In this document: piece by piece, positions 1 to 9,839 of the stretch
How the letters are laid out: every line of letters begins with the position of its first letter
Numbering within the stretch: the first letter of the stretch is position 1
DNA from: Candidatus Kerfeldbacteria bacterium
GTDB lineage: Bacteria; Patescibacteriota; Patescibacteriia; UBA10025; JAHIVO01
DNA length: 64,000 nucleotides
NCBI GenBank assembly: GCA_047946875.1
Contig: CP181398.1
Span: 143,154-207,153, forward strand
Direction: 5' to 3'
Notes under the pieces: model-generated
Told to the model about the DNA's origin: nothing
Database searches by the model: none
What the model saw: only the letters and a program-made list of their open reading frames with translations
Position numbers and translations under genes: made by a program

Positions 1-98
1 GGGAAGGGGATGAGCTGAGAGAAAAAGTTAATAGGGCACTATTAACTATTCGGGAAAGAGGGGAATATGATAGTTTGTATAAAAAATGGTTTGGATAA
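1..98 (+). CDS. 3' end of a periplasmic/extracellular solute-binding protein (SBP family 3-like), partial
   Basis: Frame 2 translates to ...[31 protein letters not shown]. This is the typical C-terminal motif (xYDxxYxKWFG) of amino-acid binding SBPs. Truncated by the window edge. Confidence 0.45.
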   Translation, partial: EGDELREKVNRALLTIRERGEYDSLYKKWFG

Positions 99-123
99 AA
101 AAGATAAATAATTATTTATAAAC

Positions 124-1236
124 ATGATGAATGAAACACAACCCCAACAACCAACACCTGATCAGCAGAAACAGGTAAAAAAAGCTAAGCGGATTCTATG
201 GTTTGGTCTTATTTCGATTGTGGTGGTGGGCTTGGCTATTGCAGTTTATTTTGTATTCATTAATCCGATTGAGAGAGATATTATTAGTACGAATACAAAT
301 ATCGTAAGCACTAATGAAATGGTAAAATTTCCAGATACTGAAGTGGGCATTTCTTGTGTAGAGAATGAGGATTGTATCATCGTAGATGTAACTGAATCTG
401 TGGGGGATTGCTGCTCGATGCCGGATTGTAGAATTTGGTATACTTCAGATAATTATGTAGCAGTGAATTCGAAAGAGTATTATGATTATGCCCTAGAATA
501 TAAAGATAATAACTGTGGTGAAGTATTGTGTCCAATTTATGAACGGATGTACTGTCCTACGGGAGAACCATATGCTGATGCTGATTGCCAGAATAATGTT
601 TGTGTAAAAGTTTTATATGAAAATGATATATTACGACCTTATTCAAATGAAGCGAATGGATATTCATTAATGATACCAGTCGGATATGGAAAGAATACAG
701 AGTTATCAGGATATATCGCCCTTGATGTAGTAACTACACCATCTGCAAAATTAACATTCAATCGTATAATCGTGATGGTTGAAAATACTGATATGCATAC
801 ATATAGACTTAGTATTTTGGCTAATCCAGAAGCTGATGTAGAAAATATTAAGGAAGAGGAAGTGATAGTGGCTGGTTTGACAGCAAATAAGATTACATTA
901 AAAAATGCATTAGGAGAAACAATTATACATTATCTTGTATCATATTTAGGAAAAGTATATGACATCGAAACAACTGACTCAGTTAACCAAGAAACTATTG
1001 ATATATTTATTGCCAATTTTGAAATTACCCAACTCGATGAGGATATTAATATTGCAGATACATCTGTGTTTGAAAATAAAACATGCGTTTCAAATAATGA
1101 ATGTGGAGCTTATCCGTGTGATCAAGGCACTTGTTTGGTAAAGGAGTGTAATAGTGATGATGAATGCTCAGTCGGGACATGTGGGCAGTATGTTACTCCG
1201 GTGCCTGGATATTGCACGATGATAGATAGTTTATAA
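124..1236 (+). CDS. Membrane-anchored (N-terminal TM) Cys-rich extracellular protein, paralog 1 of a tandem family
   Basis: Has an N-terminal hydrophobic anchor. Carries a 10-Cys domain FPDTEVGISC..EDC.IVD..ESVGDCC..PDCR.WY...YVAVNS...NC...CP...CP.GEP.A.ADC..NVCVKV.YE that is shared with the next two ORFs. A second CxxC-rich C-terminal module is present. Confidence 0.7.
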   Translation: MMNETQPQQPTPDQQKQVKKAKRILWFGLISIVVVGLAIAVYFVFINPIERDIISTNTNIVSTNEMVKFPDTEVGISCVENEDCIIVDVTESVGDCCSMPDCRIWYTSDNYVAVNSKEYYDYALEYKDNNCGEVLCPIYERMYCPTGEPYADADCQNNVCVKVLYENDILRPYSNEANGYSLMIPVGYGKNTELSGYIALDVVTTPSAKLTFNRIIVMVENTDMHTYRLSILANPEADVENIKEEEVIVAGLTANKITLKNALGETIIHYLVSYLGKVYDIETTDSVNQETIDIFIANFEITQLDEDINIADTSVFENKTCVSNNECGAYPCDQGTCLVKECNSDDECSVGTCGQYVTPVPGYCTMIDSL

Positions 1237-1243
1237 TAACTAT

Positions 1244-1903
1244 ATGAAACAACAATTCCCCGAAACAATTAAAAACCCATCAACCAAAATTTGGATTATT
1301 TTTTTTGTAATTATAATAGCTCTGGTAGTTGGTGTTTATTTTTATTTTGTGCAAACTCAGGAAGAGTGGAATATAAGTATAATAAACATTAATACAACAA
1401 CGATAAAAAAGTGTAGTGATATAACTGATGAAAATGAGTGTTCCGCACGCAAGGATTGCCGACGACATGATTTGTGCCCATGTAATAATCTAAATCTAAA
1501 ATGTGGTGTAGCGCCTGAATTTCCGCCTGAAGTTACATGTGACTGTTTTATGGATGGTTTCGAATATTGCGAGGATTTGATGTGTGACGGGGTAAATGCT
1601 ACATGGATTTTTAATGGACCAGTTTCACGGTCTTGTGAGGGGGATAGCGACTGCAAGTTTGTTGATAACACGATAAATTATAGCGGGTGCTGTAGAAATA
1701 ACTCTTTTTGTCCTGATTATTCAGATCAGAAATATGTAGCAGTGAATAAGGTTACATTTAATGAGTTTAGGAGTCAATTGATGGTTGAGAATGATTGTGA
1801 TACAGCACTATGTCCAGTCGTTGATATATTACCGTGTCCTGAAGTTGAGCCGTTTTATGAAGTGAAATGTCTAAGTAATTTATGTGTAAAACAAAAAATA
1901 TGA
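1244..1903 (+). CDS. Membrane-anchored Cys-rich extracellular protein, paralog 2
   Basis: N-terminal TM. C-terminal domain CEGDSDCKFVD..SGCC...CPDY.DQKYVAVNK...NDCDTALCP...CPEVEPFYEVKCLSNLCVK is homologous to the domain of ORF 124..1236. Confidence 0.7.
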   Translation: MKQQFPETIKNPSTKIWIIFFVIIIALVVGVYFYFVQTQEEWNISIININTTTIKKCSDITDENECSARKDCRRHDLCPCNNLNLKCGVAPEFPPEVTCDCFMDGFEYCEDLMCDGVNATWIFNGPVSRSCEGDSDCKFVDNTINYSGCCRNNSFCPDYSDQKYVAVNKVTFNEFRSQLMVENDCDTALCPVVDILPCPEVEPFYEVKCLSNLCVKQKI

Positions 1904-2643
1904 AAAAAAAATCAAAATTAGTCTATCTGGTTGTTATTACTATAATTGTGATTGTGGCTATTGTTATTTTAGCATTAGCTTCTTTTGATTATTGTCCATC
2001 GGAATCGGAGAAGGTTTATGGTTTTTTTTGTAAGTCACTAGATTGGGAGGAAGTTGTCCCATCTTGTGGTGATGGTATATGTACTAGTGGAGAAGAATGT
2101 GAGAAAGGTGGTTTGTGTATATACAGTTGCCCTGAAGATTGTAAAAATATAGATATTAATACTAATACTGCAATTACTCCAATAGAAGATTGTACTTATT
2201 ATTTTGATGGATGTAATATTTGTGCTAAGGATCCAGATGGAGTTGTGGGTTGTACAGCGACATATTGTGAGCCTGGAGAGTACGAACCTTATAAATGTTT
2301 TGATGATGATACAAACAATGTTACCATTGAAACTAAGATTCAATTTCCAGACACTGAAATCGGCGTATCCTGTACGGACATTGAGGATTGTAGAATTGTT
2401 GATACAAAAGAATCTGTGGGGGATTGCTGTCCAACACCGGATTGTCGTAATTGGTATGTTAATGATGAATATGTGGCAGTTAATTCGGAATTATATAACC
2501 AACAGAGATTGGAATTGATGCAAGAAAATAATTGTGCTGTTACTGAATGTCCGCAATATTCTTCAGCCTATTGTCCATCGGGAGAGCCATTTGCTTATGC
2601 AGACTGTGTTGATAATGTTTGTGTAAAAGTTAAATATGAATAA
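1882..2643 (+). CDS. Membrane-anchored Cys-rich extracellular protein, paralog 3
   Basis: N-terminal TM. C-terminal FPDTEIGVSCTDIEDCRIVDTKESVGDCCPTPDCRNWYVNDEYVAVNS...CVDNVCVKVKYE is almost the same domain as in 124..1236. Its start overlaps the end of the upstream gene, suggesting an operon. Confidence 0.7.
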   Translation: MCKTKNMKKKSKLVYLVVITIIVIVAIVILALASFDYCPSESEKVYGFFCKSLDWEEVVPSCGDGICTSGEECEKGGLCIYSCPEDCKNIDINTNTAITPIEDCTYYFDGCNICAKDPDGVVGCTATYCEPGEYEPYKCFDDDTNNVTIETKIQFPDTEIGVSCTDIEDCRIVDTKESVGDCCPTPDCRNWYVNDEYVAVNSELYNQQRLELMQENNCAVTECPQYSSAYCPSGEPFAYADCVDNVCVKVKYE

Positions 2644-4117
2644 TAGTAAGAAACAAATTATTTGGGTAGCAGCTACAGTAATAATTTTATTTTTATTATT
2701 AATACTAGCTTTTGCAGTATATAATTATTTTATGCAGGAGGATGTATCTTTATCAAATAATAGTAATGTAGCTACAAACATTAATAATTCTAATACGAAT
2801 AGCTTAAATATAAACTCCAATGTAGATCTAAAATTATCTGATGGTTTTTTATTTTTTGATAAATCCGTTCATGATCCTTCGGATTATAGAATATCTACCT
2901 CCCAACTTAATCACATAAGTGCTGTTGGAAAAATAACAAATATTACAAAGTTGGAATTACAAAATTCAATTAATTCCGCTGGTTATAACGATGGTAAAAT
3001 ATATTATATTACTAAGGGTAATTCAAGTGATATTAATAATGCTATCGGAATATATAATATTATTGATGGTAAAAAAGAAATACTAATATCTAATGATACC
3101 GAGGAATGGATTATGAAAATATTCATCTATGATCAAAAATATATTTTTTATTTACAGGGGCCTTGTATAAGCGGTGGGCAGGAAGAGTGGGACAAATCAA
3201 AATGTAATTTATATAGGTATAATTTAGAAGAAGGTGACAATGAGTTATTTATAGAAGATATTTATAGTCAAATAGATGGTATATATTTAGCTTCTTTAAG
3301 TTTTAAATCTTATAATTCTAATGATGGAATTTTAGAAATGGGATTTAATGGAGGTGATGCCGGGGTAGGGGCAATGGCTATTTATCAGTTAGATTTAGAA
3401 TCTAAAGAAATAAATAAAATTGTAAGTGAACGTTATTATTCTTGTGAATTTGAATGTGATGAAATAGATTTAGAAAATAATAAATATTATAAATTGCGTG
3501 ATGAATTTCATAAATTACAACCTTGTGGAGAATACACATTTGGAAGTTTTGGATATTATACAATTTATAAAGATGGGATAGAAGTTGAAGGCGTAGAGCC
3601 ATGGCAAATAGTAAAATGTTTTGAACCCGCTGAAATTGAAGCTGATACATCAGATTGGCTAACGTATGAAAATAAGGATAATGTATTTTCTTTAAAATAT
3701 CCTAATACTTTCAGTTTGATCCAAGAAAGTGAAAATCATCTTGGAGAAAAAAATATAACAATGAGCACAATCAATACGAACAGTATTTATGAAAATACTT
3801 TAGGGGAAAGGAGTGATGCTATATTTATCTATCCATCAGTGGCAGCAGATTTTTTAGATAGATTGGGACATATAGGAGGAGTCCTTAGTAAAGAATATTT
3901 TGATAGTAAAGAAGCAAAAGAAAATGTAATAACAAAATTTCAGAAAATTGTTGAGATTGATGGGCGGGATGGATATCAAATGATAAATTATGAATTGGGT
4001 GAAACTATGTACACAATTATTGCAAATAATGATGAAACTTTTTTTGTAGTAGTATGGCATATTGGATTTGAGGAGGAATATTATAATGACATATTAAAGA
4101 GTATTACTTTTAATTAA
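2636..4117 (+). CDS. Membrane-anchored hypothetical extracellular protein (Asn/Ser-rich)
   Basis: 493-aa ORF with an N-terminal TM. Its start overlaps the stop of the upstream gene. No recognisable catalytic motif. Confidence 0.6.
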   Translation: MNNSKKQIIWVAATVIILFLLLILAFAVYNYFMQEDVSLSNNSNVATNINNSNTNSLNINSNVDLKLSDGFLFFDKSVHDPSDYRISTSQLNHISAVGKITNITKLELQNSINSAGYNDGKIYYITKGNSSDINNAIGIYNIIDGKKEILISNDTEEWIMKIFIYDQKYIFYLQGPCISGGQEEWDKSKCNLYRYNLEEGDNELFIEDIYSQIDGIYLASLSFKSYNSNDGILEMGFNGGDAGVGAMAIYQLDLESKEINKIVSERYYSCEFECDEIDLENNKYYKLRDEFHKLQPCGEYTFGSFGYYTIYKDGIEVEGVEPWQIVKCFEPAEIEADTSDWLTYENKDNVFSLKYPNTFSLIQESENHLGEKNITMSTINTNSIYENTLGERSDAIFIYPSVAADFLDRLGHIGGVLSKEYFDSKEAKENVITKFQKIVEIDGRDGYQMINYELGETMYTIIANNDETFFVVVWHIGFEEEYYNDILKSITFN

Positions 4118-4237
4118 ACTGATACTGATGATATGTAATCATGCTTAGCTGTTGAAAATAATTATATTTTGCAATACATATCAGGTTTGTGTGTAAAAGT
4201 ATTTAGGCAATATTAATTATTCTATAATATTATATAA

Positions 4238-4264
4238 TTAGCACTCTTGACTTGAGAGTGCTAA
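4238..4264 (+). promoter_or_regulatory. CIRCE operator (HrcA binding site), with a TATAAT at 4223-4228 just upstream
   Basis: TTAGCACTC-ttgacttga-GAGTGCTAA is a perfect match to the CIRCE consensus TTAGCACTC-N9-GAGTGCTAA. It lies 27 bp upstream of the hrcA start. Confidence 0.95.
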
Positions 4265-4290
4265 TTGGATTATAATACTTATACAACTAT

Positions 4291-4998
4291 ATGAATGAAA
4301 GAAAAAGTGCCATTTTTGGGGCTATTATCAAAGAACATGTAACTAAAGGCAATACTGTTGCCTCAAAAGTGCTTGTGGATAAGTATGACTTTCAGCTCTC
4401 TTCAGCAACTATGCGTAATGAGATGGTAGAGCTTGAAAAAGATGGTTATATATTTCAGCCTCATACATCAGCAGGACGTATCCCTACAGAAAAAGGTTGG
4501 AAGTATTATATAGAAAATTTTATTCAGAATAAGCAGATAAGTAAGAAACACAAAGAATTAATGGATGTAATATTCGATGAAGGGGGAATGAATTTTGACA
4601 TTACTGTGAAGAAAGTTTCCAAAGGCTTGGCAGAGATTTCTAAGGATGCAGTATTTGTGGGATTTTCACACGATGATTTTTATTACACCGGCTTATCACA
4701 TTTATTCAAAAATCCTGAGTTTCAAAAACTAGATTTAGTACAGCATGTTTCAGAAGTAGTGGATCATCTTGGTGAAGTTATTACTGATATGTTTGATGAA
4801 GTAAGTGAATCAGAAACAGAGATTGTGCTAATTGGAAAAGAAAATCCATTTGGTGCAGAATGCAGTACGATTGTAACAAGTTATTCGAATGGTAAAGACA
4901 ATAAAGGTGTATTTGGAATCTTGGGGCCGATGAGGATGAATTATGAAGATAACATGGCTTTGATAAAATATGCAAAAGAATTATTTAATAATGTATAA
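4291..4998 (+). CDS. hrcA: Heat-inducible transcription repressor HrcA (short form)
   Basis: N-terminal wHTH with VSxATMRNEMxxLEKDGYIFQPHTSAGRIPTEKG, the HrcA signature. Sits directly downstream of CIRCE and upstream of grpE. Confidence 0.85.
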   Translation: MNERKSAIFGAIIKEHVTKGNTVASKVLVDKYDFQLSSATMRNEMVELEKDGYIFQPHTSAGRIPTEKGWKYYIENFIQNKQISKKHKELMDVIFDEGGMNFDITVKKVSKGLAEISKDAVFVGFSHDDFYYTGLSHLFKNPEFQKLDLVQHVSEVVDHLGEVITDMFDEVSESETEIVLIGKENPFGAECSTIVTSYSNGKDNKGVFGILGPMRMNYEDNMALIKYAKELFNNV

Positions 4999-5015
4999 CA
5001 AATAATATAATAACT

Positions 5016-5516
5016 ATGTCAGACGAAAAAAAAGACTTAGAAAAAAAAGATGTTAAACTAAAACTAACTGAACTAGAAAAAACTAAAGAAAAAATGGAAG
5101 AATATTTGAATGGGTGGAAAAGGGCAAAAGCAGATTACAGTAATCAAAAAAAAGAATTTGAAAGAAAAGAACAAGAGATTATACAGTTTGCCAATGCTAC
5201 GCTCATATTAGAAATTATGCCTATCTATGACAATTTCAAACTAGCTTGGAAGCATATACCTGAAGAGCATAAAAATGAAGATGAATGGCTAAAAGGAATC
5301 GAACATATTAAGAAACAGTTTGCTGATATGTTAAAAAGATTAGGGCTAGAAGAAATCCCTACAGTAGGGGAGAAGTTTGATCCAGAGCTACATGAAGCAG
5401 TCGGTACAGAAAAAGTTGAAGGTAAGAAGAGTGGAGAAATAGTTGAAGAAATTAAATCAGGTTATAAACTTTATAACAAAGTGCTTGAACCAGCTAAAGT
5501 AAAAACCGCAGAGTAA
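5016..5516 (+). CDS. grpE: Nucleotide exchange factor GrpE
   Basis: Has a coiled-coil N-terminus and the ...RKEQEIIQFANATLILEIMPIYDNFKLAW...GYKLYNKVLEPAKV GrpE fold motifs. Located in the hrcA-grpE-dnaK context. Confidence 0.9.
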   Translation: MSDEKKDLEKKDVKLKLTELEKTKEKMEEYLNGWKRAKADYSNQKKEFERKEQEIIQFANATLILEIMPIYDNFKLAWKHIPEEHKNEDEWLKGIEHIKKQFADMLKRLGLEEIPTVGEKFDPELHEAVGTEKVEGKKSGEIVEEIKSGYKLYNKVLEPAKVKTAE

Positions 5517-5523
5517 ATACACA

Positions 5524-5598
5524 CTTGTCATCCTGAACTTGATTCAGGATCTCTAGAAAAGATTAGGGTGAGATTCCGGATCAAGCCCGGAATGACAG
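5524..5598. repeat. GC-rich nested-hairpin intergenic repeat, TTGTCAT-box family, copy A
   Basis: cTTGTCATcctgaacttgattcaggatc...attccggatcaagcccggaATGACAg. The outer stem TGTCAT/ATGACA encloses two hairpins, cctgaa/ttcagg and attccgg/ccggaat. Immediately 3' of grpE. Confidence 0.6.
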
Positions 5599-5633
5599 AA
5601 AATAATATATAATAATTTTAAAAGAATAATAAT

Positions 5634-6083
5634 ATGGCAATAATGAGATGGCGACCTTCAATGGATCCAATAGATTTAGAAAGATTTTTTGAAGAAATGC
5701 CAAGGATGCAAGCAAAAAATAATTCATATACACCAGCTGTAGATATCTACCAAGATAAGGATAATGTCGTTGTAGAGACACCATTGGCTGGGGTAGATCC
5801 TGAGAAAGTAAATGTATCAGTGGAAGATGATGTATTAAAAATAGAAGGTAAATCAGAACATAGATCAGAAGTAGATGAAGATAACTATTATAGAAAAGAA
5901 GTACGACATGGTAGCTTTTATAGGGCAATAGCTCTACCTACCAGTGTAATAGCTGATAAAGCAGAGGCTAACTTCGAAAATGGAATGCTTAAAGTAATAA
6001 TCCCAAAAGCTGGTGAAGTTAAACCAAAAACAATCAAAGTAAATATAATTAAAAAAGATAAATCTAAAAAAATTCAGGCATAG
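5634..6083 (+). CDS. Small heat shock protein, Hsp20/alpha-crystallin family
   Basis: Alpha-crystallin domain AVDIYQDKDNVVVETPLAGVDPEKVNVSVEDDVLKIEGK...GSFYRAIALP. Confidence 0.9.
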   Translation: MAIMRWRPSMDPIDLERFFEEMPRMQAKNNSYTPAVDIYQDKDNVVVETPLAGVDPEKVNVSVEDDVLKIEGKSEHRSEVDEDNYYRKEVRHGSFYRAIALPTSVIADKAEANFENGMLKVIIPKAGEVKPKTIKVNIIKKDKSKKIQA

Positions 6084-6119
6084 CCTGATCCGGCTTTGCC
6101 GGAAATTAACAATATATAT

Positions 6120-6509
6120 ATGAAAATAATTGGAGGAAATAATATTCCACCACCAGGAGGTTCGCAAGGACCGCCAGGATCAGGGGGGAGATCAGGAAAA
6201 CCAGAACAGATAAAGATAGATGCCAAATGTACTATCTGTGGTAGTCTATATGACTTCGGTAAATTGGAAGTAATACAGGAAGAAGAAGGCGCAACATTGA
6301 TGTATATCAAATGTTCTGTCTGCCAAAGCGCCGCTCTATCGATAGTGGCTATTGGATCATTCGGGATCAAAGTATCGAGTGTAATCACAGATCTGGAAAA
6401 AGATGAAGTTATGCATTTTCAAGAAGAGAGATCAGTACAGAGTGAAGATGTTTTAGCTCTACATGAGGAGTTAGAAATTACAGATAATTTTTTAGAAGAG
6501 ATTAATTAA
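6120..6509 (+). CDS. Zinc-ribbon protein with a Gly/Pro-rich N-terminus, inserted in the heat-shock operon
   Basis: The ATG at 6120 follows GGAGG-poor AT-rich spacing. The track ORF starts at a TTG at 6096. Contains CTICGS...CSVCQS (CxxC-x23-CxxC) and an acidic C-terminus. Lies between hsp20 and dnaK. Confidence 0.6.
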   Translation: MKIIGGNNIPPPGGSQGPPGSGGRSGKPEQIKIDAKCTICGSLYDFGKLEVIQEEEGATLMYIKCSVCQSAALSIVAIGSFGIKVSSVITDLEKDEVMHFQEERSVQSEDVLALHEELEITDNFLEEIN

Positions 6510-6556
6510 AATATAATATAAATAAAATAATTTTATAAAAGAAAGGAATAAACAAA

Positions 6557-8533
6557 ATGAGTAAAATACTCGGAATTGACTTAGGTACTACTAACTCAGC
6601 TATGGCAATAATTGAGGGCGGAGAACCAAAAGTATTAGAAAATAAGGAGGGCAACAGAACTACACCGTCAGTGGTAGCTATTACCAAGACAGGAGAGCGT
6701 GTTGTTGGGCAGATTGCCAAAAGACAAGCAGTAACTAATCCAGAGAATACAATCTATTCTGTGAAAAGGTTGATTGGTCGTCATTGGAATGATGATGAAG
6801 TACAGCATGATGTAAAAACAATGCCTTACAAAATCGTTCAAGCAGGAGAAGGTCTTAAAGTGGCTATGAACGGTAAAGATCAAACTCCTCAGGAAGTTTC
6901 AGCAATGATTCTACAGAAGCTTAAGGCTGATGCAGAAGCTAAGTTGGGCGAGAAGATAGAAGAGGCAGTTATTACTGTGCCAGCTTATTTTGATGATGCA
7001 CAGCGCCAAGCTACCAAAGATGCTGGTGAGATTGCAGGTCTGAAAGTAAAACGTATTATCAATGAGCCAACCGCAGCTGCTCTAGCTTATGGTTTTGATA
7101 AGAAAAAAGATCAGCAAATTGCTGTTTATGATCTTGGTGGTGGTACTTTTGATATCTCTATCTTAGACGTAACCGCCGATACTGTTGAGGTTAAATCTAC
7201 CAATGGTGACACTCATCTTGGTGGTGATGATTTTGATAAGAAAATTATTGACTGGATGATAGATGAATTCAAGAAAGATCAAGGAATTGATTTATCCAAC
7301 GACAATATGGCTTTACAGAGGTTGAAAGAAGCAGCTGAGAAAGCCAAAGTAGAACTATCAACTGCTACAGACACAGAAATCAACTTACCATTCGTCACAA
7401 CTGACGATACTGGCCCTAAGCATATGGTTATGAAGATGACTCGTGCACAATTAGAAGAACTAGTTAGTGAACTTATCGAGCAAACTATGGAGCCAGTTAA
7501 GAAAGCATTGGAAGATGCTAAATTAAAAGCTTCAGACATCGAAGAAGTTATCATGGTCGGTGGTATGACTCGTATGCCAAAAGTATTGGAGACTGTAGAG
7601 AAATTCTTCGGCAAGAAACCTCACATCGGTGTTAATCCTGATGAGGTTGTAGCCTTGGGTGCAGCTGTACAAGCTGGTGTTATGCAAGGTGAAGTTAAAG
7701 ACGTCTTGTTATTAGACATTACTCCATTGACTCTAGGTATCGAGACATTAGGTAGTGTTTCTACTCCATTGATCGAGAAGAATACAACTATCCCTACTTC
7801 CAAATCTCAAATTTTCTCAACTGCTGCAGATAATCAAACATCCGTAGAAATCCACGTATTACAAGGTGAGAGATCTATGGCTGGTGATAACAAAACATTA
7901 GGTAGATTTATCTTAGCTGGTATTCCACCATCTCCTAGAGGTGTGCCACAAGTAGAGGTATCTTTCGATATCGATGCTAATGGTATCTTGAATGTGAAAG
8001 CCGTGGACAAAGCTTCTGGTAAAGAACAATCCATCACTATCACTGCTTCATCTGGTCTATCTAAAGATGAAGTAGAGAAGATGAAACAAGATGCCAAAGC
8101 TCATGAAGCAGAGGATGCTAAAAAGAAAGAAGGAGTTGAGACAAAAAACCAAGCAGAATCATTAGTCTTCACCGCAGAGAAGTCATTGAAAGATGCAGGT
8201 GATAAGGTTAAAGATGAAGTGAAAAAAGAAGTAAATGAAAAGATCGAAGCCCTTAAGAAGTTGAAAGATAGCGATGATTTATCAGCTATTAAGAAAGCTA
8301 CTGAGGAATTATCCGTAGCTATGCAACAGATTGGTGCTGCCATGAATGAGGCTCAGCAAAAGGCTGACGCTGCAAAGCCTAAGGAAGGTGATAAAAAAGA
8401 TCCTGAAACAAGTTCAGGAGGTAATGGTAAAGATAAAGGACCAGTAGATGCAGAGTTTGAAGATGTGAAGAAAGATGGAGAAAAGAAAGAGGATGATAAA
8501 AAGGAAGAAGAGAAAAAAGATGATAAAAAGTAA
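6557..8533 (+). CDS. dnaK: Chaperone DnaK (Hsp70)
   Basis: [17 protein letters not shown] and VGGMTRMP signatures. Lys/Glu-rich C-terminal tail. RBS AAAGGAA upstream. Confidence 0.97.
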   Translation: MSKILGIDLGTTNSAMAIIEGGEPKVLENKEGNRTTPSVVAITKTGERVVGQIAKRQAVTNPENTIYSVKRLIGRHWNDDEVQHDVKTMPYKIVQAGEGLKVAMNGKDQTPQEVSAMILQKLKADAEAKLGEKIEEAVITVPAYFDDAQRQATKDAGEIAGLKVKRIINEPTAAALAYGFDKKKDQQIAVYDLGGGTFDISILDVTADTVEVKSTNGDTHLGGDDFDKKIIDWMIDEFKKDQGIDLSNDNMALQRLKEAAEKAKVELSTATDTEINLPFVTTDDTGPKHMVMKMTRAQLEELVSELIEQTMEPVKKALEDAKLKASDIEEVIMVGGMTRMPKVLETVEKFFGKKPHIGVNPDEVVALGAAVQAGVMQGEVKDVLLLDITPLTLGIETLGSVSTPLIEKNTTIPTSKSQIFSTAADNQTSVEIHVLQGERSMAGDNKTLGRFILAGIPPSPRGVPQVEVSFDIDANGILNVKAVDKASGKEQSITITASSGLSKDEVEKMKQDAKAHEAEDAKKKEGVETKNQAESLVFTAEKSLKDAGDKVKDEVKKEVNEKIEALKKLKDSDDLSAIKKATEELSVAMQQIGAAMNEAQQKADAAKPKEGDKKDPETSSGGNGKDKGPVDAEFEDVKKDGEKKEDDKKEEEKKDDKK

Positions 8534-8545
8534 TTAGTTTAAATA

Positions 8546-8577
8546 GCGCGGGGCATTTGCCCCGCGTGATTTGTATA
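8546..8577 (+). terminator. Intrinsic terminator after dnaK
   Basis: GCGCGGGGC-attt-GCCCCGCG hairpin followed by a T-rich tract. Confidence 0.7.
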
Positions 8578-8613
8578 TACGTTGAGTTTAAAAAAATATT
8601 ATGGAATTAATGT

Positions 8614-9516
8614 ATGGAAAAAAATGAAAATTTAATATCAAAAAATATTGTAGTTATTATTGTATTTGTATTTGGGATTTTTATGCTTGGCGCGCTGGTA
8701 TACGATGCCTTTACTTCAAAAACATTAAGCGCAAGAGAAAGTACACTTATTTCAATTTTTAGTTCTTTTTTAATTGCACAAGGTTTTTACATTTTTGGTA
8801 AAACATCATCACGTATAGAAGCAATGGAAGGTTTTAAAGGGGAAACACAGAAAGCTTATCGTCGTTCAGAAATTATTAAAAAGAGTTCTGAAACCATACA
8901 GGCAATGTTGAGTTCACGAATGGGTGTATATAAAGCAAAAAAAGAATTGAATAATTCTGATCGAGACGCAATTCTAGAGATTTTTAGAAGTGGAATATTA
9001 CAAATGGACAGCTTAATTGATCATTTAAATGCTTCAATGAAGGATTGGGCAGACATTATTCCTGAATTTGTGGACAAAAGAAAAGAAGTAAATAAAAAAA
9101 TTGCAGATATAAGAGATGAATTAAATAAACAAAGAATCACTTTTTTAGAGGAAGTTGATAAAGTTAAAAAAGCAACTGAAAAGAGTGATGGGGAAAAGAA
9201 AAATGAGATTGATATATTAAAAACAAAAATAGGTGCACTTGAATCTGAAAAGTATTCAGAAATTAAACAGATAGATCCTCTGGATTCATTAGTATCCTCA
9301 CCAAGCGGAATGGGAGTTGTCTATAGTAATGCAGATAATGTTAGAATATTAAATTCAAATGAAGGTATTTTACCGAGAAGTTTTGTAGATGATTCTTTAA
9401 TTTCATCAGAAAATATGTTTCAATCTCGTGTCCCAGATTTAACAAAAGTTGAACCAAATGTAATTACTGGCATTCAAGTAAAAAAAGTTAAAAGCAAAGA
9501 AGAAACAAAGAAATAA
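8614..9516 (+). CDS. Hypothetical membrane protein with a coiled-coil region
   Basis: 300-aa ORF with one N-terminal TM and a long Lys/Glu-rich helical region. Confidence 0.6.
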   Translation: MEKNENLISKNIVVIIVFVFGIFMLGALVYDAFTSKTLSARESTLISIFSSFLIAQGFYIFGKTSSRIEAMEGFKGETQKAYRRSEIIKKSSETIQAMLSSRMGVYKAKKELNNSDRDAILEIFRSGILQMDSLIDHLNASMKDWADIIPEFVDKRKEVNKKIADIRDELNKQRITFLEEVDKVKKATEKSDGEKKNEIDILKTKIGALESEKYSEIKQIDPLDSLVSSPSGMGVVYSNADNVRILNSNEGILPRSFVDDSLISSENMFQSRVPDLTKVEPNVITGIQVKKVKSKEETKK

Positions 9517-9575
9517 TAATGAATTATCAAAGAATTAACCAAACCCTAGGAGCAGGCCTCTGTGCCTGCGACGCC

Positions 9576-9612
9576 ATAAAAAAACTGAGCGCACCCAGGG
9601 ACGGATGCGCTC
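9576..9612 (-). terminator. Rho-independent terminator on the minus strand (repeat copy 1 of 2)
   Basis: Minus-strand RNA GAGCGCA-uccgucccuggg-UGCGCUC followed by U7. The 29-nt core gcgcacccagggacggatgcgctcggagg recurs identically at 11161-11189. Confidence 0.6.
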
Positions 9613-9631
9613 GGAGGTTAATTACATACTT

Positions 9632-9771
9632 TTGTCACTTCGAACCTGCCTGCTCGCCTCGCTAAAGCTCGGACGAAGCGGGCCGGTAGGCAGGCGAAGA
9701 GAGAAGTCCTTATAACGATATTAGCATTTACTAACCTGATAAAGATCTCTCCGCTTCGGTCGAGATGACAA
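9632..9771. repeat. Long GC-rich structured intergenic element (extended member of the TTGTCA-box family / candidate sRNA)
   Basis: TTGTCAc at 9632 and ATGACAA at 9765 bracket a long imperfect hairpin: cttcg/cgaag, cctgcct/aggcagg, cgcttcg/cgaggcg. GC content is far above that of the flanks. The 73-aa minus-strand ORF track entry here is probably not coding. Confidence 0.45.
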
Positions 9772-9839
9772 ACGTTAGTTAAATTAAAATCTATAAGAAG
9801 TGTGGCTAAATTAAATTTTAATAATAGGAGAACGATCAA

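Noticed and set aside
6502-8343. Several 60-110 aa minus-strand ORFs inside dnaK
   Set aside because: Antisense shadow ORFs within a highly conserved coding region. No independent support.
9632-9771. Possible tmRNA, SRP RNA, RNase P RNA or 6S RNA
   Set aside because: I looked for tmRNA ends (GGGG...CCACCA and a tag-peptide ORF), the SRP helix-8 motif and the RNase P P4 consensus on both strands. None are present. It is treated as an unclassified structured element, not a named ncRNA.
9618-9839. 73-aa minus-strand ORF in the ORF track
   Set aside because: It lies entirely within a GC-rich nested-hairpin structured element adjacent to a terminator. It has no RBS, an Arg/Ala-rich composition typical of translated GC-rich RNA structure, and no neighbouring genes on that strand. 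More likely non-coding.
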